Shown here in pieces: positions 34,887 to 45,049 of a DNA stretch of 64,000 bases. How positions within the stretch are numbered: position 1 is the stretch's first letter; every line of letters starts with the position of its first letter. Origin of the DNA: Chloroflexota bacterium (GTDB lineage Bacteria; Chloroflexota; UBA6077; FW602-bin22; JBCLEL01); the NCBI GenBank assembly GCA_963664835.2, contig CAXXUG010000011.1, forward strand, positions 69,434-133,433, given 5' to 3'. A program made the translations under genes and the position numbers. The notes beneath the pieces were generated by a model. That model made no database searches. It saw only the letters and a list, made by a program, of their open reading frames with translations, and was not told where the DNA came from.

Positions 34887-35323
34887 TCATCCTCGTGTGT
34901 CTTGCTGATGATCCAATAGTCTAAAGGCGTCTAACAACCCCAGCCTGCGGTTCTCATTTAGGCATGTATATTTCCGAAACAGTCCCCCGAGAGCCGCTCC
35001 TACACCGCGCGATGGGTTTGCTTGGACTCTTGTTCCGCAAAAAAGGTCCTTTTGCCCTGGCACTGGCAAGCAGCTGAATCTTGTGTCTCGAATCGGCGTT
35101 GCCGGCTGATGGCGTACTAATAACCGAACAGGTGTTTGGTATTATACCATTGTTCAAATGAGCCTGCGCAAGTGGATATTGCCTGACAGAGCGCGCCGAT
35201 TGTGCTGTCAGGACTCCAACGCCAATCTCGCCATGTTGAACCAAAGTGCGCCGGCTGCTTTCCAGGCGCGATAAGTCGGCCCGGCTAGACTGGCGATCTC
35301 ACGCGCCGGCTGAAAGCCCCGCG

Positions 35324-36148
35324 CTACCTGAGGCCCAGCTCCACCAACCTAGACACCATTGGAGCGATTCGAGGGGTTTTGATCTCCAAGAAGGAATCGT
35401 CATATACCTGGGCGGTCTGCTTGTGCTGCGCCTGCTTTATGTAGTCGAGGTTGAACTGATGGATGGCTTCGAAATACGCCATTTGCTCCGGGCTGGTCGG
35501 GTTCTCGGCAAAATTGATAGTGAACGACCGCCGGCCGGCGCGCCCGCCGAACGATGAGTGCCATACGTTCTGGTCCATCACCAGGGCGTCGCCGGGATCG
35601 GTCTCGATGGGAAACGCCGGCACTTCCTCTGGTGACGCCCCAAAAGGGTCTACCGCCGGATCATTCTTCTGGGCTCGCAACGGCTTGACCGCATCGTAGA
35701 ATGGGTATCGATGTGAGCCCGGGATCACTCTCAAACAACCATTTTCCTTGTTGAGTGGATCCAGGTAGAACGAGATCTTGATTCGGTTCAACTCCATTTG
35801 CGATCCATCCGCGTGAATGTCCGGCCACCAGGCATCGGGATGCCACCCCGTGTCTCCGACGTACAGGTTCGCATCGGAACCCATCCAGACGCAGTCGGGT
35901 CCGAGGATCTGTTGGATAGGTTCGCAAATCCTCTGTTCGAGATGCTCGGTCAGTAGAGGGCGCTTTTCCACAAATCCCTGGACGGTATGCCGCTTCGCCC
36001 CATCGAACAGCCGGCCGTCCCGATCATTCACCAGGACTTCGTCGAACTCGCGATTCAGGCCGGCGACCTCGTCCTCGGAGAAGAAGCTCCGCACAACTAC
36101 GAAACCAAAGGCCCTGAAGTGGTTCACCTGTGAGTCATTAAGGCGCAT
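35324..36148 (-). CDS. Phytanoyl-CoA dioxygenase family oxygenase (paralog 3)
   Basis: The start is set at MRLNDSQVNHFRAFGF (AAGGAGG SD). Motifs are GDTGWHPDAWW (HxD) and the distal VWHSSFGGRAGRRS. Confidence 0.8.
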   Translation of the reverse strand: MRLNDSQVNHFRAFGFVVVRSFFSEDEVAGLNREFDEVLVNDRDGRLFDGAKRHTVQGFVEKRPLLTEHLEQRICEPIQQILGPDCVWMGSDANLYVGDTGWHPDAWWPDIHADGSQMELNRIKISFYLDPLNKENGCLRVIPGSHRYPFYDAVKPLRAQKNDPAVDPFGASPEEVPAFPIETDPGDALVMDQNVWHSSFGGRAGRRSFTINFAENPTSPEQMAYFEAIHQFNLDYIKQAQHKQTAQVYDDSFLEIKTPRIAPMVSRLVELGLR

Positions 36149-36281
36149 CGACCGTTCCTCCTTATTCGCTGGCGGCGTGCGAGCGGTATTCTCGGCCCGG
36201 AATTCTAACAAGTGGCGCGCAATTCGTGGGACGCTCGCGACTGTGTAGTCGCGTGTCCATCTCGAAAAATGCTCCAATTTT

Positions 36282-36752
36282 ATGGATGAAGATCTGCTCT
36301 ACGCTCCTCGTTACAACGTCACGCCGACGCAGCAGGTTCTCGCCTTAATCAATCAGGATGAAGTCCAGCCGGCCTTCCTGCGCTGGAGACTGATTCCACC
36401 CTGGGCAAAGGACCACATAATCGGAAACCGAATGATCAACGCCCGAGCCGGCAAGAAGATGCCGGTTCGCGTCGTTCTAAAATCAGGAGAGCCATTCGCC
36501 TTCGCCGGATTGTGGGAGACCTGGTGGCACCGCGCCGGTGAGGCAATTCGTTCCTGCACAATCGGATGCCGGTGACCCTGTCCGGAGACGCTGAGTCGCC
36601 CTGGCTGGATAGGGGTATAGAGGATGCCGATCTCCTGACCGGCCTACTCGCGCCGTATCCTTTCCGAGGAGATGGAGGCTTACGAAGTATCTCGGCTGGT
36701 CAACTCTCCGAGGAACGACCTGCCGGCATGTATCGCGCCGCTCGAAAGCTAG
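36282..36752 (+). pseudogene. Degraded SOS-response-associated peptidase (SRAP/YedK, DUF159) gene
   Basis: YAPRYNVTPTQQV...FLRWRLIPPWAKDHIIGNRMINARA fits the SRAP core. The N-terminal MCGRF with catalytic Cys2 is missing and there is an internal deletion. At least two frameshifts are needed to recover ...PVTLSGDAESPWLD...LLAPYP and SEEMEAYEVSRLVNSPRNDLPACIAPLES* (ending at 36752). Confidence 0.7.
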
Positions 36753-36807
36753 GAGGTAGAGTGGCGGTCAAGCTACGTCCCAAGCTCCCCTCGGATAGTC
36801 GGCACGA

Positions 36808-37972
36808 CTAGCCTTCCGGCCTGATCGTAGCCTTCACTACCTTCATCGCGTTTGCCTCCGCCACGGCCTGCGCCACGCCGGCCTCGGTCAGCGGAAACTC
36901 TTCCTGCATCAGGTCCCAGGGATACCGGTCCGCCGCTCGATGAAGCAGGTCGATCGCTATCTGAATATCGTTGGCCGTGAACGCCCAGCTTCCCACGATC
37001 GTCAGGTCCTTGGTGCAGATTCGGTGCCAGTTCGTCTCGATAGCGCCGGCGTCGGTGAACTGCCCCATCTCGACGTAAGTGCCCCCGTCACGCAGCATCT
37101 CTATACCCTCCGGCCCAGAGGACGGGTGACCGCTGCACTCCATCACCACGTCGGCGCCAAATCCGCCGACCGCCTCGCGTACCGCGCCTACGCGCTCCTC
37201 TGACGTCTCGTACTCTTCGATTGAAATCGTCTCGGCCGCACCGAATGATCTGCAGATCTCCAGTCGGGGCTTCTCCGGCGCGCCGACGACGATTACCCGG
37301 CCGGCGCCCATCTCCTGGGCCGCGACCAGCGCCAGCAGTCCGATCGGGCCGGAGCCCTGGACGACGACCGTGTCGCCCACTCGAAATCCGTCCGCGGCGC
37401 CGGGACTGCGGATCGCCCGATTGAGCCCCCCTCACACATGACGTCAGCGGCTCCGCCAGTGACGCCAGCTTCAGCGACATCTCGTCGGGCAGCCGGTAAG
37501 CCTTGGTCCCGGGAAGCATATCGAGGTCCACGTACACCATCTCGGCCCAACCTCCCCAGAGGTGGGGCGGCTTCGAATAGGGGATATAGCGGCCGTAGTA
37601 GGTCGGGTTCAGGCACTTGTTCGCCCGGACTGGGTAGTGAACGCAGTAGTAGCACTCGCCGCAGGGCATCAGCGGCGGCAACATCACCTTGGAGCCGACG
37701 CCCAGCGGTTGTCCCATGAAGTCGTATTTCAGGTCCGGCCCAATCTCCTCGATCACGCCGGCCAGCTCGTGGCCCAGGGTTATCGGCCATGGCAGCGGCT
37801 TCGGCCAGTGGCCTTTAAGGATGTGCAGGTCCGTCCCGCACACTCCACAGGAGTCGATGCGGATCAGCGCCGCCTTAGCCGGCACCGAGGGCCGCGGCAC
37901 CAGGTTCATCACCGGTGGCCGGCCCGGCCCTTCATAGCTGATTACCGCTATGTTATCGGCCGATTCTCTCAA
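36808..37972 (-). pseudogene. Zn-dependent medium-chain alcohol dehydrogenase/reductase, frameshifted in a C6/G6 homopolymer
   Basis: The N-terminal ORF carries CGVCGTDLH, GHELAG and the structural-Zn motif CGECYYCVHYPVRANKC. The C-terminal ORF carries GDTVVVQGSGPIGLL. Removing one G from the GGGGGG run (plus-strand C run 37426-37431) gives a continuous ...SCVRGLNRAIRSPGAADGFRVGDTVVVQG. Confidence 0.8.
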
Positions 37973-38036
37973 TCTTCCCCGCCGATCTATGTGTCTTTAA
38001 CTGCTTTGGTACGCCTTTGACCGCGCCTATGGCGAC

Positions 38037-39098
38037 CTAGCGCAAGCCGCCGTACCACTCGCTCTCACGCCGGCAAAAGAGGTCGTGGAAAATCACCGGG
38101 TACCAGTGCTCCGGCTCGCTGGTGCGCGTAAGCTCCGCCATCTCATCATCCGAGAGCCGGACGTCGAGGACGCCCATGTTGTTGTAGTAATGCTCCATAC
38201 TGGATGCGCCCAGGTGCACAACGTCGCACTTGCCCGATTGTAGGAGCCACCGCATCGAGACGCTTGCCACGTTCGAGCCCCGCTCCTTTGCGATCTTCGA
38301 GAGCAAGTCCAGTGTTTCCCAGTTCCGCTCGATAGCCAGGGCCTTCCAAGAGAACATCTCGTTGTCCTTCGCCTGCTCCAAACGCGCTCCCGCAGTTGGC
38401 TTCTCGTCCCCTCGCTTGTATTTTCCAGTCAGGAAACCGGTCGCCAAAGCTCCCCACGAGATTATGGACACGTTCTGGTCCTGGCAGGCCGGAATGATCG
38501 AGTTCTCGGCGCCCCGGTCGGCGATGTTGTACCAGATCTGGTTCGAGAGAATGGGCGACAGGTTGTTGAACGTGGCCTGCATGTTCGCCCTGATCATCTG
38601 CCATCCATCCCAGTTGCTGGCCCCGACGTAGCGTATCTTGCCGGCTCGCACGAAGTCGTCGACGACGCGCAGCGTCTCTTCGATCGGCGTGTAGTAGTCC
38701 CAGATGTGAAACTGATATAGATCGATGTAGTCTGTCTCCAGTCGGCGCAGGCTTCCCTCGATATTGGTCGCCAGGTAGGACCTAGACAGTCCGACATTAT
38801 TGGGACGGACCTCGTCCTCCATGAGACAGTAGCCCTTGGTCGCGATCACCAGTTGGTCCCGCTTGCCCTTGATGACTTTGGCGACTGTCCGTTCGGAGGT
38901 GCCGGCGGTGATGGCATTGCTGCCGCGCAGCCCGCCTCCATAGAAGTTTGCGGTGTCGACCAAATTCCCGCCAACGTCGTAATAGTGGTCGAACATTTTC
39001 TGGCTCGTATCTTCGTCGAGCTTGGAGCCGAACAATGCGGCGCCCAACCCGATCCGGGCGACCTCAAGTCCAGAGTTCCCAAGATTGCAATACTCCAT
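38037..39098 (-). CDS. Aldo/keto reductase
   Basis: MEYCNLGNSGLEVARIGLGAALFG, with a GGAGG SD before ATG 39098. The AKR motif GKIRYVGASNW is present. Confidence 0.85.
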   Translation of the reverse strand: MEYCNLGNSGLEVARIGLGAALFGSKLDEDTSQKMFDHYYDVGGNLVDTANFYGGGLRGSNAITAGTSERTVAKVIKGKRDQLVIATKGYCLMEDEVRPNNVGLSRSYLATNIEGSLRRLETDYIDLYQFHIWDYYTPIEETLRVVDDFVRAGKIRYVGASNWDGWQMIRANMQATFNNLSPILSNQIWYNIADRGAENSIIPACQDQNVSIISWGALATGFLTGKYKRGDEKPTAGARLEQAKDNEMFSWKALAIERNWETLDLLSKIAKERGSNVASVSMRWLLQSGKCDVVHLGASSMEHYYNNMGVLDVRLSDDEMAELTRTSEPEHWYPVIFHDLFCRRESEWYGGLR

Positions 39099-39203
39099 CG
39101 CGTTCCTCCAAATGTCGTTGATGCGCCACAGGGCCGGCGAAGCGTCGCTCACCCGGCCCAGAGGCATGGTAATCGAAGTCGGATTTCTAGCTGTTCTGGG
39201 CCC

Positions 39204-40211
39204 TCACCACCTGAACGGGTGAGGTCCGAAATCACCCTCATAGTACGGCGCGATCACGCCACCGGGAGGAGCGACCTCGTCCAGCGCGGCTCGATCTTCA
39301 TCGGTCACCGTGACGTCCAACGCTGCTAAATTGTCCTCTAGCTGCTCCATGGTGCGGGGTCCGATGATCGGACTGGTGATGCCCGGCTGCTCGGCGCACC
39401 AAGCAAGACCTAACTGGCTGGGCGTGCACTGTTTCTGGCCCGCTAGCTCTACCAGCTTTTCGACAACCGTAAAGCCGGCATCCGAGAACTTCTCCTTGAG
39501 GGCCCTGGCCTGGGTAACCGGGACACGTCCCTTTGCCGGCCTATCCTGGCCGCGGCGGTATCTTCCTGCAAGAAATCCGGCCGCCAGCGGTGACCACGGC
39601 AATACTGCCAATCCGTACGTTTGCGCCATCGGAATCAACTCTCGCTCGATCCGGCGGTCCAGCAAGTTGTATGGTGGTTGCTCGCTGACAAACCGATTCA
39701 AGCCCAGTTCCTTCGACGCCCATAGAGACTCAACAACCTGCCACGCCGCGAACGTGCTGGTGCCAATGTAGCGCACTTTGCCGGCCCGTACCAGGTCGTC
39801 CAGCGCTCGCAGGGTTTCGTCGATCGGAACCTCGGATTGAGGTCTGTGGATTTGATAAAGGTCGATCCAGTCCGTTTGCAGCCGTCTCAGAGAACCCTCG
39901 CACTGTTCGATAACGTGGCGGCGGTGATTGCCCCAGGCATTCGGGTCGTCATCGGACATTGGGGCGTACACCTTTGTAGCCAGAACGATGCGGTCCCGCT
40001 GGCCGTCCCGCTTCAACGCCTTCCCCACCAGGACTTCGTTAGAGCCTAGACCGTAGGAGTTGGCGGTGTCTACGAAGTTGAGTCCCAACTCTATCGCCCG
40101 GCTAATGATCTCGACGGATTCCTCTTCGCCGGTTCTGTTCCCAAAGTTGAAACAGCCAAGACAGAGCTTGCTTACCTTTACTCCGGTGCGGCCAAGATTG
40201 CGGTACTCCAT
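39204..40211 (-). CDS. Aldo/keto reductase
   Basis: MEYRNLGRTGVKVSKLCLGCFNFG, FVDTANSYG, GKVRYIGTSTF. Confidence 0.9.
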   Translation of the reverse strand: MEYRNLGRTGVKVSKLCLGCFNFGNRTGEEESVEIISRAIELGLNFVDTANSYGLGSNEVLVGKALKRDGQRDRIVLATKVYAPMSDDDPNAWGNHRRHVIEQCEGSLRRLQTDWIDLYQIHRPQSEVPIDETLRALDDLVRAGKVRYIGTSTFAAWQVVESLWASKELGLNRFVSEQPPYNLLDRRIERELIPMAQTYGLAVLPWSPLAAGFLAGRYRRGQDRPAKGRVPVTQARALKEKFSDAGFTVVEKLVELAGQKQCTPSQLGLAWCAEQPGITSPIIGPRTMEQLEDNLAALDVTVTDEDRAALDEVAPPGGVIAPYYEGDFGPHPFRW

Positions 40212-40283
40212 GGCTGTCGCTCCTCGAGGACGGTCGAGCGTCTTGGCCCGACAGTGAATAAGCGCTCCGAATGCCGGCTTGCT

Positions 40284-41360
40284 CTATCCTTCTACTCTCA
40301 CGCCTATCCGGTGGGCCGAGTTGTTCTTGTAACCCAGTTTATTCCAGCTCGCTTGTGCCGGCTGAGCGTTGCCCTTCGCGTCCGTCGCACGGACCACGAC
40401 TTCGTACGAGCCGGCGGTCTCTGGCGTCCAGTCGTACTCCCAGTGCCGCCACGCGTACCTGTGGTTCGGGCCCGTCAGTCTGGTCAGGTCCCATGTCGCG
40501 CCACCGTCCAGAGATAGCTCGACCTTCTCGACTGCGGCCAATCCCGACCAGGCCATGCCTGAGATGCGTGCGCGGTTGGCCTCCAACCGGGCCCCATCGA
40601 CCGGCGACGTGATCAATGCACGCGGCGCCATCCGGGTTACAGGTGTTGTCCGCGTGTGGCCAGATTCTGAGTCCCTGCCATCCGGAACCATGACGTATCG
40701 TTCTCGTTGATAGAAGCCTGTGAATGGCTCGGCCAACAGACTTATCCGAGTGAGCCATTTCACCGCACTCATACCGTACCAACCGGGCACTATCAGCCTG
40801 AGGGGATAGCCGTGTGCGGGGGACAGCGGCTCCCCGTTCATCGCCCATGCGAGCAACGTGTCGGGCGCCGTGGCGGTCTCTAGTGTCAGACTCCTCTCGA
40901 AGGCCCCTTCCGGCGTACCATCGGGTAGGGTGCCGCGGTCCGCGCCGACGCAAAGAACCTCCACTGCCGGTGGTTTGATCCCTGCAATTTCCAGGATCGT
41001 CCTCAGGGGAGTACCGGTCCATACCGCATTGCCAACAGCGCCGTAGCGCCACTGCTCTCCCTGGGCCTTCGGACTGAAATAGGATCTGCCGTTGCCGGCG
41101 CACTCGATTGTAACTGTCAAATCTCTCGCCGGCAGCGACACCAACTCCGAGTAGCTCAGGGCAAGGGGTCGTTCGACCTCGCCATCGACCACGAGGTGCC
41201 AAGAATCGGCCAGAATCCCTGGAACGGGAAAATTGCTCCTCATGTAAAAAAGAGGCGTTGGCGTGACGTAGTCATCTAGTAGCTCGAGTGGTGTTTCCGC
41301 ATTCAGGGGAGATTCACGCACAACCACCAGGCGCGGGTCATTGCCAGGATTTCGGGTCAC
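40284..41360 (-). CDS. Sulfite-oxidase-family molybdopterin oxidoreductase (Mo-binding plus dimerisation domains), apparently cytoplasmic
   Basis: TIECAGNGRS carries the Mo-ligand Cys. GYPLRLIVPGWYGMSAVKWL is also present, with a C-terminal Ig-like dimerisation-domain pattern. No signal peptide. Confidence 0.85.
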   Translation of the reverse strand: MTRNPGNDPRLVVVRESPLNAETPLELLDDYVTPTPLFYMRSNFPVPGILADSWHLVVDGEVERPLALSYSELVSLPARDLTVTIECAGNGRSYFSPKAQGEQWRYGAVGNAVWTGTPLRTILEIAGIKPPAVEVLCVGADRGTLPDGTPEGAFERSLTLETATAPDTLLAWAMNGEPLSPAHGYPLRLIVPGWYGMSAVKWLTRISLLAEPFTGFYQRERYVMVPDGRDSESGHTRTTPVTRMAPRALITSPVDGARLEANRARISGMAWSGLAAVEKVELSLDGGATWDLTRLTGPNHRYAWRHWEYDWTPETAGSYEVVVRATDAKGNAQPAQASWNKLGYKNNSAHRIGVRVEG

Positions 41361-41703
41361 CTTCGAGTCCTCCGCCGATTCCTAGCGCCCGTCATTCGAT
41401 CAAGGTGAGCGGCCGGCTAAAAGCCACCAGATTGCCGTGTGTTGTCTGGCGCCAGGCACTTGTCGCAGCGGAAATGGTAGCCGAGCGGGATGATTCGTTT
41501 CAACATCCGCCGGCGGCAGGTGCTATTGAGACTCGCCCGGTGTCACCTGGGAATCGCGGCTTACTGTCGTTACCAGCGACAGGTGATATGCGCCGTGAAT
41601 CTGGCGGACTTCGCTATGAAATGTGTCATTTCGCCTGCTTGCCGTTGAAGTATTCACCATGTAGAATTTTCGCAAATTTCCCAGGACCGGTGTCGAGGCA
41701 ACG

Positions 41704-42228
41704 ATGAACAACAGGCCTGTTTTGGTATTGAATCAGAACTTCGAGCCGCTGAACGTTTGCAATCCTATGCGCGCGATCGTTCTGGTCCTGAGCGGTAAGG
41801 CCGAGGTCCTGGAACACACCGACGGCGCCATGCGCTCGCCATCGGTTAGTTTCCAACTCCCCTCCGTGATCCGGCTCATCTACCTGATCCGGCGGCCGCG
41901 GCCGAAGGCCCGCCTGACTCGCAAGGAGATCTTCAACCGTGATCGACACACATGCCAGTACTGCGGAACCAAGGGAAGAGAGCTAACCATCGATCACGTG
42001 CTGCCTCGACATAGAGGCGGCAAGCACGTCTGGGAAAATGTCGTGAGCGCCTGCCGCCGGTGCAATCACCGCAAAGGCGGCAAGACGCTGGAGATGGCCA
42101 GGATGCATCTGCTTAGCAGACCCTTCCAGCCACGGGTTTCGCCATACTACGTAGTGCATCAGTATCTCAACACCTGCATAGAGTGGCGGAAGTTCATTCC
42201 TGAGTGGGAGTTGGCGGCGGTAGTCTAG
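41704..42228 (+). CDS. HNH endonuclease
   Basis: CQYCG...IDHVLPRHRGGKHVWENVVSACRRCNHRKG. Confidence 0.85.
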   Translation: MNNRPVLVLNQNFEPLNVCNPMRAIVLVLSGKAEVLEHTDGAMRSPSVSFQLPSVIRLIYLIRRPRPKARLTRKEIFNRDRHTCQYCGTKGRELTIDHVLPRHRGGKHVWENVVSACRRCNHRKGGKTLEMARMHLLSRPFQPRVSPYYVVHQYLNTCIEWRKFIPEWELAAVV

Positions 42229-42270
42229 GCGCTGGAGCGCGTCCCGTTTCGACGCCCCAAGACTGAGACC

Positions 42271-42927
42271 TCAGTCCAGGAGCAGTTGCCTCAGTTCCGA
42301 TTCCAGTTCGGCCTTAGTGACGGCCATCACGGAATCGAGTGCTTCGATCTCCGTCGAGCCGGTGGGCACGATTGCCTCCCGACCTCTCATCATCAATATG
42401 ATCTTGGTGTCTCCCGGCAAGGTGATGTCCTTGAGCGGCTTGCCAACCACCGGCGAGTTGATCGACACCACGCCTTCTACCAACTCTAATCCCACGTTCT
42501 GTAAGAGCAAGTGATGAATCAGCGCCTGAGACGGCAGTGCCTGTTCGATCTGCGCCAATATGAGATTGGTGCTGCTGACAGTTGCATCGATACCCAGGAG
42601 CTTGAATATCGTCTCATTCTTTGGGTTGTTGATTCTCGCGATTGTCCTGTCGACTCTGAATTTGTGTTTCGCGACCTGGCAGATCACGAGGTTATCCTCG
42701 TCGTCGCCTGTCACCGCTACCACAACGTCAGCACGGTTAGCGCCGGCCTCCTCCAGGATTCTCGCTTCGTCGGCGTTCCCGAGCATCACGACGCTGCCGA
42801 GTTCTTCCGATATAGAGGCAACCTTCCTCTTGTCTTTCTCGACGACTAGCACTTCGTGGTCTTCGTTCAATAGCGCCCTGGCCAAGTAGAAGCCTACTTT
42901 TCCGCCGCCGGCGACAATGACGTACAT
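42271..42927 (-). CDS. TrkA/KtrA-type potassium transport regulatory protein (RCK N and C domains)
   Basis: MYVIVAGGGKVGFYLARAL Rossmann motif and a C-terminal TrkA_C-like domain. Confidence 0.9.
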   Translation of the reverse strand: MYVIVAGGGKVGFYLARALLNEDHEVLVVEKDKRKVASISEELGSVVMLGNADEARILEEAGANRADVVVAVTGDDEDNLVICQVAKHKFRVDRTIARINNPKNETIFKLLGIDATVSSTNLILAQIEQALPSQALIHHLLLQNVGLELVEGVVSINSPVVGKPLKDITLPGDTKIILMMRGREAIVPTGSTEIEALDSVMAVTKAELESELRQLLLD

Positions 42928-43419
42928 CTAGTCGACGCCTCGCGATGCTGTTCCGGGGCGGGTGGTTGGTCGAGCGACATTATCGTGGAGTAGCCTCGCC
43001 GCGACGCGCGTCGGACACACTGTTGTATATCCCAGGTCCCGGAAAATCTCTTCGCGATCCGGATCATAGATGCGCGTAATCACCTTGTTCACCCTGTAAA
43101 TCAGCTTCGTGATCTGAGAGGCCATTATGTTGGTGCAGTCATTCTCCGTCACTGCCACAAACAGGTCCGCGTTCTTGATGCCTGCCGTTTCTAGAATCTC
43201 TTGATCTATGCCCGTACCCAGGATCGGCTCGCCGCCGAAATCTTCGTTGAGCCGGCGAAACGCGTCCTGAGACCTATCGACGATAGACACACGGTGGCCG
43301 CGGGCGTCCAGGTCATTCGCCAAGGAAGCGCCCACCCGACCGCAACCAAGGATTACTGCCCGCAATTTAACTCCCTGAAGCGGATAGGATCCGTACAGTT
43401 GGAACCGTGAAGTGAACAT
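42928..43419 (-). CDS. TrkA-N (RCK N-terminal NAD-binding) domain protein
   Basis: AVILGCGRVGASLANDL. The true start is probably the internal TTG at 43365 (AGGGAG SD). The stop TAG abuts the ATG of the downstream trkA-like gene. Confidence 0.8.
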   Translation of the reverse strand: MFTSRFQLYGSYPLQGVKLRAVILGCGRVGASLANDLDARGHRVSIVDRSQDAFRRLNEDFGGEPILGTGIDQEILETAGIKNADLFVAVTENDCTNIMASQITKLIYRVNKVITRIYDPDREEIFRDLGYTTVCPTRVAARLLHDNVARPTTRPGTASRGVD

Positions 43420-43524
43420 TCCTGCGCCGCAGATTCGTGCTTCGACGCACTCGGACTTAGCCTGTATCGCCGCGTAAGAGCGAGCGTCGAGTTTCCGGCG
43501 CGGTCATTCATATCTCACGGATGT

Positions 43525-43962
43525 CTAGGAGATACCTGCTCGACAGAGCCACACTTCGCAGGGAGCATTTCTCAAGACGTAGCTGGCGGTATCCCCGACG
43601 CTGAACCGTCCATATTTCCGTTCGTAAGGGAGCCCAAATATGATGGTGTCTACCGCCCGTCCGACCGCCTCCTCGACGATCGCCGGTCCTTCGTGGCGAG
43701 CCTGTAGCAGTTCGCTGCTGATCGCAACCTTGGCCAACCTCCCGACTTCCAACGCCTCTTCTAAGATCTCTTCGCCCCGGTCAGCCTGCGAGCCTATCTC
43801 TGCATCAATGGGCAAGGACCGTTTTACTTCCATGACATGGATGACAAAAACCTGCGACTTATTTGAGCGGGCGGTTTCACAAGCCAGTCTGAGAGCCACT
43901 CTGTCGGCTTCGACGCCGGCAAGCGGCACAAGGATTCGTTCGATTCTCTTTGCGTTAGCCAA
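43525..43962 (-). CDS. Universal stress protein (UspA family)
   Basis: 145 aa. ILVPLAG......VFVIHVMEV...IIFGLPYE....GDTASYVLRNAPCEVWL. Confidence 0.85.
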   Translation of the reverse strand: MANAKRIERILVPLAGVEADRVALRLACETARSNKSQVFVIHVMEVKRSLPIDAEIGSQADRGEEILEEALEVGRLAKVAISSELLQARHEGPAIVEEAVGRAVDTIIFGLPYERKYGRFSVGDTASYVLRNAPCEVWLCRAGIS

Positions 43963-44173
43963 CTGTACCCAATTCCGCAGTTGGACGGGTCTTTGTCTGC
44001 CATCGGAGCGTGGTCAGTATACACCCACGTCCGTAACTCATTCAATGAGTTCCAGACGTCGGGCGAGCGCCGGATATGTGTCGCCTCTCCTATTAGAGTT
44101 GCCATTGCGCCCTCGCACGGGGACGCTACCGGACGGGAAAAGGACATGCGTCAGACAATCTCTTGTCTATAAT

Positions 44174-44857
44174 ATGTTGCGCAAATCGACCGACATCGGA
44201 TGGGCGAGGGAAGACGTGTCCGGCGGAAATCTTCTGGCAGACGCCACGATTCGCGAGTACCTGGCCAAGTTGGCATCCTCGTCGCCGACTCCGGGCGGTG
44301 GCAGCTGCGCCGCGCTCTCCGCGGCATTGGGTGTCGGCTTGATAAACATGGTTTGTGCGCTTACGGTCGGACGCAAGCGGTTTGCCCAGTACGAGTCCCT
44401 ATTGACCGATACGATTCAGAGTCTACAGAGTGTCTCGAACCGTCTGACCGAACTGGTCGATGAAGACGCCGACGCTTATGACCGCGTCATGGCAGCGTAC
44501 CGTTTGCCGAGGTCAAGCAAGGACGAGAGGGAGAGTCGCCGGCGCAGCATCCAAGAGGCGCTGATTCCCGCCACGGAGACGCCGCTCGAAATCGTCGATT
44601 GCTGCCAGGAAGCGCTTCGACTGGCGGCGCCCCTACTCGGCAAGCTGAATCCAAACGTCTTGAGTGATCTTGCCGCCGGCATTGACTTGGTCGCCGCAGC
44701 CGCTCATGCCGCTTCTCACAATGCCGATGTCAACATCGCTATGATGTCCGACGACGAGACGATTGCTCGTTACACGGAACGGACGAGGTCGGCACTTGGC
44801 GAGGTAGATGAACTAGCGGCCCGGCTAAGGGAATGCTTGTCTGGCGATCAGGATTAG
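44174..44857 (+). CDS. Cyclodeaminase/cyclohydrolase family protein (FTCD C-terminal domain-like; putative methenyl-THF cyclohydrolase)
   Basis: YLAKLASSSPTPGGGSCAALSAALGVGLINMV is the hallmark of this family. The long upstream extension of the ORF (from 43640) is antisense to usp and was discarded. Confidence 0.78.
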   Translation: MLRKSTDIGWAREDVSGGNLLADATIREYLAKLASSSPTPGGGSCAALSAALGVGLINMVCALTVGRKRFAQYESLLTDTIQSLQSVSNRLTELVDEDADAYDRVMAAYRLPRSSKDERESRRRSIQEALIPATETPLEIVDCCQEALRLAAPLLGKLNPNVLSDLAAGIDLVAAAAHAASHNADVNIAMMSDDETIARYTERTRSALGEVDELAARLRECLSGDQD

Positions 44858-45049
44858 AGCACGACGGTTTGGCCGCGTCCTGATCCGCTCGTTTCCGCGC
44901 TGCTAAGGACCACCAATTCCTTAAGACGGCACCGTGTGTCCCTCCATCGCCAGAGCGCAAGATGGTGGGTCAGGTTGCTTGGCCCCTGCGTCAAGCGCTC
45001 GCCTGAGACTACATTCTAATACCTAGATTTGAACGGGAGGACCAAGGTT

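Noticed and set aside
37088-37400. An Arg-rich C-terminal tail (..RRRGRISSGRHGRRPG...) on the 294-aa ADH N-terminal ORF.
   Set aside because: It is out-of-frame read-through after the homopolymer frameshift. The true continuation is the 36808-37380 frame.
40339-41202. A 287-aa minus-strand ORF in a second frame of the sulfite-oxidase-like gene.
   Set aside because: The overlapping frame carries the clear Mo-enzyme motifs. This frame is an RG-rich shadow.
41417-41506. A 29-aa minus-strand ORF (MLKRIIPLGYHFRCDKCLAPDNTRQSGGF) just upstream of the sulfite-oxidase-like gene.
   Set aside because: It is too short, has no SD and matches no recognisable family. It cannot be supported from sequence alone.
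43640-44173. The N-terminal 178 codons of the listed 405-aa ORF 43640-44857.
   Set aside because: This part is antisense to the well-supported usp gene and has no recognisable homology. The cyclodeaminase-family homology begins only after ATG 44174.
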